Shown here: positions 20,001-30,006 of the stretch, piece after piece
Numbering within the stretch: position 1 is the first letter of the stretch
How the letters are laid out: every line of letters starts with the position of its first letter
Virus record (IMG/VR): IMGVR_UViG_3300020205_002210
Span: 1 to 64,000 of that record
DNA length: 64,000 bases
DNA from: a virus
Reading direction: 5' to 3' (one strand)
Translations under genes and position numbers: made by a program
Notes under the pieces: generated by a model
The model's database searches: none
Told to the model about the DNA's origin: nothing
What the model saw: the letters and a program-made list of their open reading frames with translations, nothing else

Positions 20001-23000
20001 ACAGGATTATCTGATTTGTCCGTTGAAGCTAAACAACACCGTCGTTACACAATGTCGGATATTTCTGATTTGGATACCAGAATTAATCGTATTGAATATT
20101 ATACAGCACTAAATTCATTAGAACAGAATGCAAATTCACTACAAATTTCAGATGTTTATGGATTAAATCGTTTTAAAAATGGTATTATGGTTGATGACTT
20201 TTCAAGTTTTGCGGCCGCAGATGGTGGAGTTACGGATTTTAGTGCGTCTATCAATCGTAGAACAAAACAATTGACAGCAAGACAAACTGTCAATAATTTC
20301 CCATTAAAAAATCTGGCATTAGCTTATAACATGGGTAAACCTGCAGCTAGTACACTTTCTGGATTGAATTACTCCATAACTTCAGATGGATACACCAACT
20401 ATTTCTCACTGCCTTATACTCCAACGAATATTATTTCTCAGAGATTGGCAAGTAGAACTGTTAACATCAATCCGTTTTCAGTAACAAATTCAAAAGGTAT
20501 ATTGTCATTGTCACCAAATGTGGACAATTGGGTTGACACATCATATTCACCATCATTATTGATCGTGGATCCCAACTTACATGTATATCAGAGTTCTTCT
20601 GAGGTAACTACTTTACTGACTGGTGATTGGCAAGCTGTTTCAGGAACAACCACTTTAATTGGCCAAACCAGCTCTAGTACATTTTCTCAAAATAGGGTGG
20701 GTCGCCGCACTTTAGAAAATCTTACTACAACTACAATCACATCAACGTATGAGAACATATCAAATCAGACTCAGAACAATCTATTAGGACACTATAGCAA
20801 AATAGATAATACTTATTCGTTGAACAACGGTTACCTTACTGATATAAGTATTTTGCCATGGATGAGACCACAAGAAATTGTTGTTAGGTCTACAGGATTA
20901 TTGTTTAAAACGGAAATACATAATTTCTTTGACACGGTTAATGTTGATAATTTTGTACATAAAACAAACATAATTGAACTGAGTAATAGTGTTGGTGTAT
21001 TCAACCAAGGTGATATTATTGGATATTACAGTTCAGGACAATTTATCGCAACAGGTATTGTTATTGGTGTATATGATTATCCAGATTCAAACAACCTAAG
21101 ACTATATGTTGCTGGTGATGGTACAACAACAACATACAATAATGGTATCACTCTACAAAATGGTTTCTTTGATGCCGCAGGTGCATATCAAACAAGTACT
21201 GGTCAAGGTACCTTAGTTAGTACAGAACACTTCGGTGGTCTGGTACAATCTGTTCAAAACTCAACAACAATAACCTTGTCTTCACTGGCATCATCTTCAA
21301 ATACAGCATATGTTGGTAGTACACTATACATTAATGCAGGCACTGGCCAAGGACAATCCGCGGTTGTTTCAGCATACAATGGAGTGTTAAAACGGGTAAC
21401 ATTGACAACAGCAATAAGTTGTGCTGCAACAGATATATATTCTATAGGAACATTTCAAAGCAATGAAGAAGGTAGTTTCTATGGTGTCTTTATTGTTCCT
21501 GCAAATACATTCCACACAGGCACTAGAGTATTCCGCACAGACAACCGTTTCAACAACAATGAAGAAACGGTAACAACATTTGCGGAAGGATCCTTCTATG
21601 CATCTGGACTACAAACGAATAAACAAAATATTGATTTTGGTTCATCACCATCTGGAGCTAAAGACACATTCACACAAACTCTGAAGAGAGATGTTGTCAC
21701 AACAACGAATACAACAGAAACAAGACTTTCTAGATTTTTTACATCTTTTGATCCTGTTGCACAAACATTCATCATAGACCAGACAAACTTTCCTAATGGT
21801 GCATTTATTTCGTCAGTTAAATTATTTTTTGCTACGAAGCCTACGACCGATGTTTCACCTGTAACAATTTCAATTGTTGGTACACTGAATGGTTATCCAA
21901 ATGGTACTACATTAGATAACTCTATTGTTACACTACCAGCAAATCAGATAAAGGTTTCAGCAACACCGCAACACCTAGACTCAACAACATATACAGAGTT
22001 TGTGTTTAGTTCACCAGTCTATATTCAAACCAACACTTTATATTCTATTATAGCTAAAAGTTCATCGAATGAATATACTCTGTACACTGCTGCAAACGGT
22101 GATGTTGCTTTACCTTCCTCAGTAAAAAATCTTGCAACAGATCCATATCCAAGTTCTATTACCAAGATTTCTGCTGCGCCATATGTTGGTTCACTATTCA
22201 TATCACAGAACTCACAGACATGGACGGTTGACCAAAATCAAAGTCTAATGTTCTCGATAGACCGTTGTAAGTTTGACATAACACAAACACCAACAGTGCG
22301 AATGGTTGTGCCTAAGAAATTACCAAAGAGAACTTTGGTTACCAATGGTATTGAATATTTCAAAAATGCAAACACAATGAGTGATGTTGTATCAACAATT
22401 TCAAATGATGATGTGTTGGTTGATGCATTCAATGTAACTACCACAGATTTTATCCCATCATCAACCAATGTAAATTATACATATGATGCAACACTCTTAA
22501 ATGGAACAAACACAACTGAAGTGAATATAAATCCTGGTAAATATGGAACAACAATGTTTGACCACATTTATTTAAATGACAATAAAGGTGAACGTGTGTT
22601 GGTTGCAAACTCACAAACTTCTTTCTCACTTTACGGTTTATTATATTCAACAGACGATGCGGTTAGTCCTGTCATTTCTGATGCAGGCACTTCATTGTTT
22701 GCGGTTAAATATGATATTAATAATTGTGTAATGTCGAACAATTTAATTTCAATTACTTCTGGTGGTTCTGGTTATAATGTTACAACAACTGTTGTTACCA
22801 TTTCTGCACCAACAGGCAAGAATGGTGAACAAGCTTATGCAACGGCCAATGTGGCAAATGGTGTCATTGATGCAATAACAATTACAACACCGGGTGCAGG
22901 TTACATTGAAACACCAACAATTACAATCGTTGATGCAAATACAACACCTGGCACAGGTGCAACCGCAACAATATCAGGCGAAACTTCAATTGGTGGTGGT

Positions 23001-23429
23001 CCTGCGGCCGCTAGATATATAACCAAGAAGGTTGTTCTTGATGGTGGTTTTGATTCTGGAGACTTAAATGTATTTCTATCAGCTTACAGACCAGTCGGCA
23101 CCGATATCAATGTCTATTACAAAATTTTGAGTAGAAACGACACTCAAGGTTTTGATGATAGTTACTGGCAGTTAATGACAAAAACAAATAGTTGTGATGC
23201 ATTATATTCACTGACAAGAAATGATGTATATGAATACACTTTTTCACCAGGAATTTCTGGTAGAGAAACGGGTCAAGTGTCTTATCTGTCCAATAATGGT
23301 CAGACATACTACAACTTCAGCCAGTTCGCAATTAAGATTGTATTGACAACAACGGACAACACACTTGTTCCATATCTGTCAGACATGAGATGTATTGCAT
23401 TGCCTTCAAATGGTGTTGTTGCTGCTTAA
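17091..23429 (+). CDS. Very large baseplate-associated structural protein (DUF4815/VrlC-like)
   Basis: MALNFNVDPYYDDFD...RVLFKPGVAVQARELTQAQTILQNQI, RFKNGIMVDDF, FDPVAQTFII, ARYITKKVVL; typical position after gp8 in T4-like phages. Confidence 0.75.
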   Translation: MALNFNVDPYYDDFDGAKNFHRVLFKPGVAVQARELTQAQTILQNQITSFADNIFKQNSPVSGGQVTTDFNVYYVKIQPTFNSVNIDVEQLQNKLLRNADGTVVARVLTTAVATGTAGEGDPPTLIVTYKTGTQFADNDVIYDSNSNLTCQAIPSAATGSSSVVSISQGVFYILGNFVQVSPQTIILDKYDNTPSKRVGLEITETVFDYANDNSLLDPAVGASNYQAPGADRYVISLQLSSRPLYFGDDDLFIELVRVEDGSVYKMVDGSVYATIDDYFAKRDYETNGDYVVEDFRFTPKTYAGEPNKYLMNVGRGLAYVRGHRVENPSPINIISNRARTSATQNNEPAFIDFGSYFLVSNVAGSGTSTFPVTTANTVDFHCVSQSNINTANATTYNSTLVATAYIRGLQFDSSPTNGQSNTYIYKAQVYDIQNKSITANVASANSISVTLPMVNGQTSSVDGAYVGVDIVITRGTNAGESRTIATYNGTTRVATLNQSWSITPDTTSVYVLNFDTPDIETMAFVNKTSYPATVIASAKIDTTGKVGNVVAGDTIFQNPNVPEMIYPIGNPYVSSISSPSYTTHQEITGVNFNVSGSTLSASLAYTGSYAGVIKHLGNEGTTLSSDVVEQCYTIIVTDKQSNASVQDGQIIPWTINSRSVSLNNDGSVATFSTATSDLSAFTATIIAKVFVTDATNTSHILRIKNLVVANSNTAISNTSGTQVNTNTFVDDSATSTGQVYIRAAGVLTPGQTQSLYLSDVKRIVKIIDTKASGTVPTVAMLTNSSYDVTNRYTFDNGQRDSYYDHASITLRPGATKPIGNLLVLLDYYKHTGGDGYFSKMSYIDNSSSPEDYKEIPSHTSKYGATYELRDCLDFRPARLNAQTNFVFRYSNPGSTRMGVLQPVDLSTFVCDYSFYLGRKDKLVLTKDKSLQIVEGSPSINPLAPNEPDGSLVLANITHSPYTGYLPTELPTGLSDLSVEAKQHRRYTMSDISDLDTRINRIEYYTALNSLEQNANSLQISDVYGLNRFKNGIMVDDFSSFAAADGGVTDFSASINRRTKQLTARQTVNNFPLKNLALAYNMGKPAASTLSGLNYSITSDGYTNYFSLPYTPTNIISQRLASRTVNINPFSVTNSKGILSLSPNVDNWVDTSYSPSLLIVDPNLHVYQSSSEVTTLLTGDWQAVSGTTTLIGQTSSSTFSQNRVGRRTLENLTTTTITSTYENISNQTQNNLLGHYSKIDNTYSLNNGYLTDISILPWMRPQEIVVRSTGLLFKTEIHNFFDTVNVDNFVHKTNIIELSNSVGVFNQGDIIGYYSSGQFIATGIVIGVYDYPDSNNLRLYVAGDGTTTTYNNGITLQNGFFDAAGAYQTSTGQGTLVSTEHFGGLVQSVQNSTTITLSSLASSSNTAYVGSTLYINAGTGQGQSAVVSAYNGVLKRVTLTTAISCAATDIYSIGTFQSNEEGSFYGVFIVPANTFHTGTRVFRTDNRFNNNEETVTTFAEGSFYASGLQTNKQNIDFGSSPSGAKDTFTQTLKRDVVTTTNTTETRLSRFFTSFDPVAQTFIIDQTNFPNGAFISSVKLFFATKPTTDVSPVTISIVGTLNGYPNGTTLDNSIVTLPANQIKVSATPQHLDSTTYTEFVFSSPVYIQTNTLYSIIAKSSSNEYTLYTAANGDVALPSSVKNLATDPYPSSITKISAAPYVGSLFISQNSQTWTVDQNQSLMFSIDRCKFDITQTPTVRMVVPKKLPKRTLVTNGIEYFKNANTMSDVVSTISNDDVLVDAFNVTTTDFIPSSTNVNYTYDATLLNGTNTTEVNINPGKYGTTMFDHIYLNDNKGERVLVANSQTSFSLYGLLYSTDDAVSPVISDAGTSLFAVKYDINNCVMSNNLISITSGGSGYNVTTTVVTISAPTGKNGEQAYATANVANGVIDAITITTPGAGYIETPTITIVDANTTPGTGATATISGETSIGGGPAAARYITKKVVLDGGFDSGDLNVFLSAYRPVGTDINVYYKILSRNDTQGFDDSYWQLMTKTNSCDALYSLTRNDVYEYTFSPGISGRETGQVSYLSNNGQTYYNFSQFAIKIVLTTTDNTLVPYLSDMRCIALPSNGVVAA

Positions 23430-23431
23430 TC

Positions 23432-23653
23432 ATGGAATATCTGAAGGTTCAAGGAACTAAATTGGTGAGGGATCCACGCAGTGGTGCCATCATCAACCAG
23501 GACAAAAGTGGATTGGAAGAATATCTTGCCAAACGCCGTGTCCTGGAGTCTCAAAAAGAAGAAATAAATAAGGTCAAATCCGAAATGAAAAGTGTGAAAG
23601 ACGATTTGATAGAAATTAAAAGTTTGTTACTAAAACTATTAGAAAAAGGTTAA
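23432..23653 (+). CDS. Small coiled-coil protein
   Basis: MEYLKVQGTKLVRDPRSGAIIN followed by a heptad-like tail; start moved to the ATG at 23432. Confidence 0.7.
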   Translation: MEYLKVQGTKLVRDPRSGAIINQDKSGLEEYLAKRRVLESQKEEINKVKSEMKSVKDDLIEIKSLLLKLLEKG

Positions 23654-23654
23654 A

Positions 23655-26600
23655 ATGGCTAATACAGTTACCTCTTTAAGTTATGCCAACACATTTGGCC
23701 AATGGCTAAATTCAACTGGTGCATTGATATCAGAAAATAATATATTGGCAACAGGCAACTATGTTAAGGATTCAGGTACACTGTTCTTGTCCGAATCAAC
23801 ACAAAATGCATTACAGGCCAACGGCAATATAATTGCACAAAAACAATTGTTAGTTCAAGGTGTAGGTTCTTCTGCAACCATTCAAAACAATTTAACGGTA
23901 CAGGGACAGGGCCTTTTCACAAATACAGGACTCAGCATCAGTACAACAGCGAATGCAAATATTGGTGGAGTATTAACCGTACTAGGATCAGGATTTGGAC
24001 TAGAGGTTGCAAATGATGCTAGAGTTGCTGGCGACTTGGTTATTGGTGGTGATCTGGAATTAAATGTATTAGAAGCCAGACTTCGTGTTAACACAGCAAA
24101 CATTTCAATTACAGGAACGACATACACAAACAGAGTGACTGCAAACGGACACATTTCTTCCGACAGTTTAGTAGCTAACACAAACATTTTTACAAGTCGA
24201 GTTCAGGCCAATACATCGATAACAACAACATCGTTACAGGCAAATACGATTATAAATGCAGCTGCCATCTCGGCAACAACCGGCATTTTTTCAAACACAA
24301 TACAAGCTAATACAAGTGTTAACACTGCAACAGCTTCTATAATGAATACATTGTTTGCAAATGTTGTACAAGCAAATACATCTACGAATACATCAAATGC
24401 ATCGGTAACTGGTACAGTATATACAAAACATTTGATAGCAAATAACACAATCACCGGTTTTGATATTTATGCCAGCGGAAATGTTTATAGTAATAATAAT
24501 CTAACCGTAACAGATTCTATTGATGTTTTTGGTAATGCTCGTATTACAAATAATGTGTCTAGTAACCTTATTTCTGCAAACACGGCAAGTGTACAAGGTA
24601 ATCTTACAGTTTTTAATACTACAACCACAACACAATTGGTGGTGGTTGAGAATGTAATAACCTCTAAAATTTATTCGACAACTAGTTATTCTGAATTATT
24701 TGAAGCGAATACTAATATAATAACGCCAACTATAACCGTTGAAGGTATAACATACACTCAAGCATTGCAGGCAAATTCATCAACAAATACTTCTAATGCG
24801 AGTGTAACAAACACATTATATGTAAAAGATTTGGTCGCAAATACTTCTGCAATAATTCCGGCCGTGTTCACATCCGGCATAACAACCACAGATGTGTTGC
24901 AAGCAAATTCAACTATCAATAGTCCATTTTCTACTATATCATCACTTTCAACAACAGGTAGTTTACAGGCAAATACATCGACAAATACATCGAACGCTTC
25001 AATCGTAAATACAACCTACACAAAATATTTGGTAGCAAATACTAGTGTTACTACACCAACAATAACGGTATCGGGTGCAACGGTCACCAGCACATTGCAA
25101 GCTAATGTGTCAGCAAATACACAGACATTGCGTGTTTCAGAATTAATTGACGGTAATAATGCTACAGCATTTATTAATAATGTAATTGTTGGAAATCAAT
25201 TGTCTGTTACTGGTGATTTTGTTATTGATGGTACAACTGTTTATAATTCTGATAGATTTACAATCAATGCCGGATCTAATATACCAGATATAGGTTACTT
25301 TGAAGTGAATCGTGGTACTGGAAGTACAAACGCAGCAATTAGATGGAATGAACCACAAAAATATTTTGATATCATTGATGTTTCATCGAATAGTTATTCT
25401 AAAATATTAACATCTAATTTAATTAGTGGTTCGTTAACGTCAACAAGTTCTTCTACTGTTGCGTCTTCAGCTGCAGCAAATACACTGAACAACACAATTA
25501 CAGCAGCAAATAATTTTCTACAGGCTGCTGTTGTTTCTTCAGGTTCATATGCAAATGCAGCATTCATTGCCGCAAATACAGCAGATACGAAAGCTGTTAA
25601 CTCTGGACTATATGCAAATGCAGCATTCTTACATGCTAATGCGGCTTTCATTTCAGCAAACAATGTTGCGCCACAAATTGAACCTGCATTTCGCCATGCT
25701 AATGCTGCGTTTGCAAAAGCAAATAGTGTTATTGCAAGTGTTACTGGTACATCAGGTTCAGTGACAGCTAGTGATGCAGGTGTTACACTTAGAAGTAACA
25801 ACGGCATAACTATTAATTCAACAAGTGCAAACACCTTAACAATTAGTACCGCGCAAGACATAAGAACAACTGCGACACCAACATTTGCTGGATTAACACT
25901 CACAACACCACTTGGTATTAGTCAAGGTGGTACTGGTGTAACATCAACGTCAGCAATTTTAAATGCAATACTGCCATCTGGTGCAACATCAGGTTATGTA
26001 TTGACAACAGGTGGTGCAGGTAATTATTATTGGGCTGCGGGTGGTACAGGTGGCGGCGGAGGTGCAACACCAGGTACCACAATAACATCTACAAGATTAA
26101 CATATTCTGGTGATAGTTCGAATACTAGATTCACAACACCAACTTTCAACAACTCAACACAACTGAGAGCATACATCAACGGTGTTCGTCAGTTGGAATC
26201 TGAGTACCATGCAAACACAGGCAATTCAAGAATCGTATTCTCAACAGCACCAGCTGTAGGAGATTCGATACTACTTGAAGTTGATGGTTATGCTGTGTAT
26301 GAATACTTTGCAAACAATATTGCTTATACAACAAATGAAAACTTAGGTGCAGCAAATACAATACAAAGTGCAATCGACACATTAACAACAAGCGCAGCAT
26401 TCGAAAGTGGTGCAACATTTGTGGGTAATGTTACTGGTCTGACAATGAATATTGCAGCTAGTAATACCTCATTTGCAACCACAGCATTTGTTAAAAATGT
26501 TTTAGGTAGCACGGCTACATATGCAATCAGTACAACCGGAAATGCTGGCACAGTAACCAATGGCGTTTACACTTCCGAATCATATGCAAATCCAGCGTTT

Positions 26601-27887
26601 ATAACCTCACTTGCAAATACCAAAATTACTGGAGTAATAACAGCTGGTCAACTGGCTAGTACAGCAGTTAGTGCATCGTCTGTTGGTTCAGCCAACCAGG
26701 TATCAAGATTTACTGTTGATGCACAGGGTCGATTGACTTCAGCAAATAGTGTTGCGATTTCAATTCCAATATCTCAAATATCTAACTTCCCAACACTAGT
26801 ATCATCAGCTACAACAGACACAACCAGTGCAACCAATATCACTTCTGGTACACTACCAGATGCAAGACTATCTTCGACTGGTGTAGTCGCTTCATCTTAT
26901 GGTGGTGCAAATAAAGTTGGCACATTTACAGTAGATGCAAAAGGCAGAATTACTGCTGCTGCGGATACACAAATCACAATCCAAAAATCTCAAGTATCCG
27001 ATTTTCCAACATTAGCTACATCAGCTACAACTGATACAAGTAATGCGACTAATATTTCATCTGGTACCTTGGCTGAAGCCAGATTGCCTGCGACATTTGC
27101 AAAACTCAGCGGTGCAGCATTCACGGGTGAGACCACTGTAACCGATGGTACTGGTAAAATTAGATTACTACCGAGTGGTGATATCTATGCATATAGAACC
27201 ACAGGAAGTGCAGGTACAGGTGTTCTATATTTAAATAGTACAGGAACAAGATATCTACTTAATGATGGAAATAATTACACACTCAACGGACAAGATTTGT
27301 TAATTAATGGTTCAAAAGCCGTAACGCAAAATACTGGTGGAACTATTATAGGAACTTATAACTTCCGATCAGCACTGTCTGTTGGAACAAATGGACAATC
27401 AGGAACATTGGTTGCATATGGTTCAGGCGCTATAGGCGACAGTGCTTCTATGTCTTTCCATAGACCAGGTACTTATGGAATTAACATGGGACTAGATACT
27501 ACAGACAATGCATTCAGATTAGGTGGATGGTCAAACGGTACCAATGTTTATAGATGGACTTCTGATGGTTCAGGCAACTTTGTTGCAAGTGGTAACGTTA
27601 CTGCTTACTCTGATGAGAGATTGAAAACAAACATCAAAACAATTGAAAATGCTTTAGACACCGTATCTAAAATGCGTGGTGTAACTTATGAAAGAATTGA
27701 CTCTGGCATCAAAGGTGTTGGTGTTATTGCACAAGAAATGAAAGAGGTTCTACCAGAAGTAGTTATGGAAGCGTTGAGTGATGATGAATATATGTCCGTT
27801 TCATATGGCAACATTGTTGGTGTTTTGATTGAAGCAATTAAAGAACTTAAAGCCGAGATTGAAGAATTAAAAGGACAGAATAAATGA
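23655..27887 (+). CDS. Long tail fibre with C-terminal intramolecular chaperone (Peptidase S74-like)
   Basis: Thr/Asn-rich beta repeats, TVDAxGR fibre repeats, C-terminal YSDERLKTNIKTIENALDTVSKMRGVTY...GVIAQE...VSYGNIVGVLIEAIKEL. Confidence 0.8.
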   Translation: MANTVTSLSYANTFGQWLNSTGALISENNILATGNYVKDSGTLFLSESTQNALQANGNIIAQKQLLVQGVGSSATIQNNLTVQGQGLFTNTGLSISTTANANIGGVLTVLGSGFGLEVANDARVAGDLVIGGDLELNVLEARLRVNTANISITGTTYTNRVTANGHISSDSLVANTNIFTSRVQANTSITTTSLQANTIINAAAISATTGIFSNTIQANTSVNTATASIMNTLFANVVQANTSTNTSNASVTGTVYTKHLIANNTITGFDIYASGNVYSNNNLTVTDSIDVFGNARITNNVSSNLISANTASVQGNLTVFNTTTTTQLVVVENVITSKIYSTTSYSELFEANTNIITPTITVEGITYTQALQANSSTNTSNASVTNTLYVKDLVANTSAIIPAVFTSGITTTDVLQANSTINSPFSTISSLSTTGSLQANTSTNTSNASIVNTTYTKYLVANTSVTTPTITVSGATVTSTLQANVSANTQTLRVSELIDGNNATAFINNVIVGNQLSVTGDFVIDGTTVYNSDRFTINAGSNIPDIGYFEVNRGTGSTNAAIRWNEPQKYFDIIDVSSNSYSKILTSNLISGSLTSTSSSTVASSAAANTLNNTITAANNFLQAAVVSSGSYANAAFIAANTADTKAVNSGLYANAAFLHANAAFISANNVAPQIEPAFRHANAAFAKANSVIASVTGTSGSVTASDAGVTLRSNNGITINSTSANTLTISTAQDIRTTATPTFAGLTLTTPLGISQGGTGVTSTSAILNAILPSGATSGYVLTTGGAGNYYWAAGGTGGGGGATPGTTITSTRLTYSGDSSNTRFTTPTFNNSTQLRAYINGVRQLESEYHANTGNSRIVFSTAPAVGDSILLEVDGYAVYEYFANNIAYTTNENLGAANTIQSAIDTLTTSAAFESGATFVGNVTGLTMNIAASNTSFATTAFVKNVLGSTATYAISTTGNAGTVTNGVYTSESYANPAFITSLANTKITGVITAGQLASTAVSASSVGSANQVSRFTVDAQGRLTSANSVAISIPISQISNFPTLVSSATTDTTSATNITSGTLPDARLSSTGVVASSYGGANKVGTFTVDAKGRITAAADTQITIQKSQVSDFPTLATSATTDTSNATNISSGTLAEARLPATFAKLSGAAFTGETTVTDGTGKIRLLPSGDIYAYRTTGSAGTGVLYLNSTGTRYLLNDGNNYTLNGQDLLINGSKAVTQNTGGTIIGTYNFRSALSVGTNGQSGTLVAYGSGAIGDSASMSFHRPGTYGINMGLDTTDNAFRLGGWSNGTNVYRWTSDGSGNFVASGNVTAYSDERLKTNIKTIENALDTVSKMRGVTYERIDSGIKGVGVIAQEMKEVLPEVVMEALSDDEYMSVSYGNIVGVLIEAIKELKAEIEELKGQNK

Positions 27888-28852
27888 CAACAAAGATCAC
27901 GCCATCGGTACTGGCAAACACAGCAGTAAGTGCCGGATCCTATGGTAGTGCGACTGAAATGTCGGTCGTTACAATCGATGCACAAGGTAGAATCACTGCC
28001 GCTTCTGCGGCTGCAGCCAGTTTAAACACTTCACAAATTACAAGTGGTACATTAGCTGACGCAAGACTTCCAGATAAAGTAACAGCAACATCGGCAGGTT
28101 CAGCCACGCAAGTATCAAGGTTTACTGTTGATGCCAAGGGTAGAATCACCTCAGCAAACAGTGTTGCGATTGCAATTCCAAAATCACAAATAACAGACTT
28201 CCCAACACTAGTAACATCAGCTACAACAGACACAACCATTGCAAGTAACATCACTTCTGGAACATTACCAGATGCAAGACTGTCTGCAACTGGTGTGTCC
28301 GCGGCTTCTTATGGTAGAGTTGATTATGCGATTAGTCTGACTGTTGATGCCAAAGGTAGACTCACATCAGCAAACAGTGGACCTATTGCAATAACCTCTG
28401 CCGCAGTCTCTGGATTGTCACCCTCTGCCACCACAGATACAACAAATGCGGATAATATATCTACAGGTACATTGGCTGCAGGTCGTTTACCTGCGTCTGG
28501 TGTAGTTGCACAATCTTATGGTGGACAAGCTAGTGTTCCTAGGTTTACAATTGATGCTGCAGGAAGAATAACTAGAGCAAACAATATTGCAATTGGTATT
28601 TCAGCCGGCGCTGTTACAGGATTATCTGGAGTGGCAACATCTGGTTCTTATGTTGATCTGTCAAACAAACCAACCATACTCAGTAGAGTAGAAACATTGG
28701 AAGCAGTGTATCCTGTCGGCACAATTTACATGAATTATTCAAATAGTGAAACACCAAACACATTATTGGCCGTTGGAACATGGCAAGCTGTTTCAAATAG
28801 TAACTTTACACCAAGTATTTCTCCACTATATGTGTGGAAACGAATTTCCTAA
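27884..28852 (+). CDS. Fibre protein with TVDAxGR repeats and a gp10-C-like YPVGTIY domain
   Basis: Repeats shared with 23655; ends LEAVYPVGTIYMN...VGTW...YVWKRIS. Confidence 0.65.
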   Translation: MTTKITPSVLANTAVSAGSYGSATEMSVVTIDAQGRITAASAAAASLNTSQITSGTLADARLPDKVTATSAGSATQVSRFTVDAKGRITSANSVAIAIPKSQITDFPTLVTSATTDTTIASNITSGTLPDARLSATGVSAASYGRVDYAISLTVDAKGRLTSANSGPIAITSAAVSGLSPSATTDTTNADNISTGTLAAGRLPASGVVAQSYGGQASVPRFTIDAAGRITRANNIAIGISAGAVTGLSGVATSGSYVDLSNKPTILSRVETLEAVYPVGTIYMNYSNSETPNTLLAVGTWQAVSNSNFTPSISPLYVWKRIS

Positions 28853-28856
28853 TGTG

Positions 28857-28863
28857 ATAAATA
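28857..28863 (+). promoter_or_regulatory. Late promoter ATAAATA
   Basis: Intergenic, 20 nt upstream of the 28884 ATG. Confidence 0.6.
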
Positions 28864-28883
28864 CCTCCAAAAGGGGTTAACAA

Positions 28884-29225
28884 ATGCCAGCAGGTTATCA
28901 AGAACTATTTCTAGAGCAAGGCTCAAACTTTAACACATCGGTAGCCTTAGATCAGGCCGATGGAACACCGTTCTCTTTAACTGGCGCACAGATTAAAGCT
29001 GTTATGAAGAAGAGTTATTATTCTAGCAGCACTACGGCTCAGTTTGTCATCACTGTCAATGATCCAACAGAAGGTATACTTCTTTTATCTTTACCATATG
29101 CGAATACCGCAAACATTGCTGCAGGACGATATGTTTATGATGTTGTTATTAAAGATTCATCAAACACAGTGTCTAGAGTTTTGGAGGGAATTGTTAATGT
29201 TTTACCTCAAGTTACTGTATTTTAA
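28884..29225 (+). CDS. Small beta-sandwich structural protein (BppU-N-like)
   Basis: EQGSNF, GILLLSL...T..IAAGRYVYDV..., RVLEGIVNVLP. Confidence 0.6.
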   Translation: MPAGYQELFLEQGSNFNTSVALDQADGTPFSLTGAQIKAVMKKSYYSSSTTAQFVITVNDPTEGILLLSLPYANTANIAAGRYVYDVVIKDSSNTVSRVLEGIVNVLPQVTVF

Positions 29226-29234
29226 AGGAATAAC

Positions 29235-29768
29235 ATGCCAACAGTAACAGTTACACAACCAGCAACCATTAAGGTTCGCGTTGAGGGTCAAAAAACAAGA
29301 GTACAAACACTGACGTATGGTACCAAAACAATGAGAAGTCTAACCGACCTATCATTGGAAGGCGCGAATACGGGTGATGTAATTATTTACAACTCACAAA
29401 CAAAAACTTTTGCTGCAAAAGGTTTGGGTACAGACACGCCTGTACGCGGTAGTTTAATACCAACACAGTCCAGAACATTTGACTTAGGTAGTAGAACACA
29501 AAAATTTCGAAGTCTGTTTTTGAGTGGTAATACAATTGACTTGGATGGTACAGTTATTAAATCTGAAGCCACAACAGGTGCAATTTCTTTTGCAGCTGCA
29601 CCGACTGCTACCAATCCAAATCCTATTGCGATTGTTGTGTCGCCAGTAGGTGGTTTTGTTCCTGTTCAAACTGCAAACGGTGTAATTTCAGATGCAGCAA
29701 TTCAAAATGCTGTGGCTAACTCAATAACTTATCTGGCGTTCACAGGCGCTGATGCAGGCTTCTTTTAA
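29235..29768 (+). CDS. Fibre-associated hypothetical protein
   Basis: Fibre motif FDLGSRTQKFRSLFLSGNTIDLDG; ends DAGFF. Confidence 0.6.
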   Translation: MPTVTVTQPATIKVRVEGQKTRVQTLTYGTKTMRSLTDLSLEGANTGDVIIYNSQTKTFAAKGLGTDTPVRGSLIPTQSRTFDLGSRTQKFRSLFLSGNTIDLDGTVIKSEATTGAISFAAAPTATNPNPIAIVVSPVGGFVPVQTANGVISDAAIQNAVANSITYLAFTGADAGFF

Positions 29769-29962
29769 TGGCAAATACAACCATACAGATCCTAAGATCG
29801 TATGCAAATACTCAACCTTCAACATTAGCTGATGGTGAGTTGGCTTATTCTTTTCTCTCAAACACTCTTTTTATTGGCGATCAAAGTAATAATGTTATAG
29901 GTATTGGTGGTCCCGATTTCGTGGCCAATGCAATTAGCATAATTGACGGTGGCAGTTTTTAA
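29768..29962 (+). CDS. 64-aa connector with IQILRS...GELAYS domain and DGGSF tail
   Basis: TAATG coupling; motif shared with 30007 and 32521. Confidence 0.7.
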   Translation: MANTTIQILRSYANTQPSTLADGELAYSFLSNTLFIGDQSNNVIGIGGPDFVANAISIIDGGSF

Positions 29963-29968
29963 TAAATA
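29962..29968 (+). promoter_or_regulatory. Late promoter ATAAATA
   Basis: Intergenic, upstream of 30007, which has an aagga SD. Confidence 0.55.
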
Positions 29969-30006
29969 GAAGATAGTATTCAACCAAAATAACAAGGACA
30001 ATAATA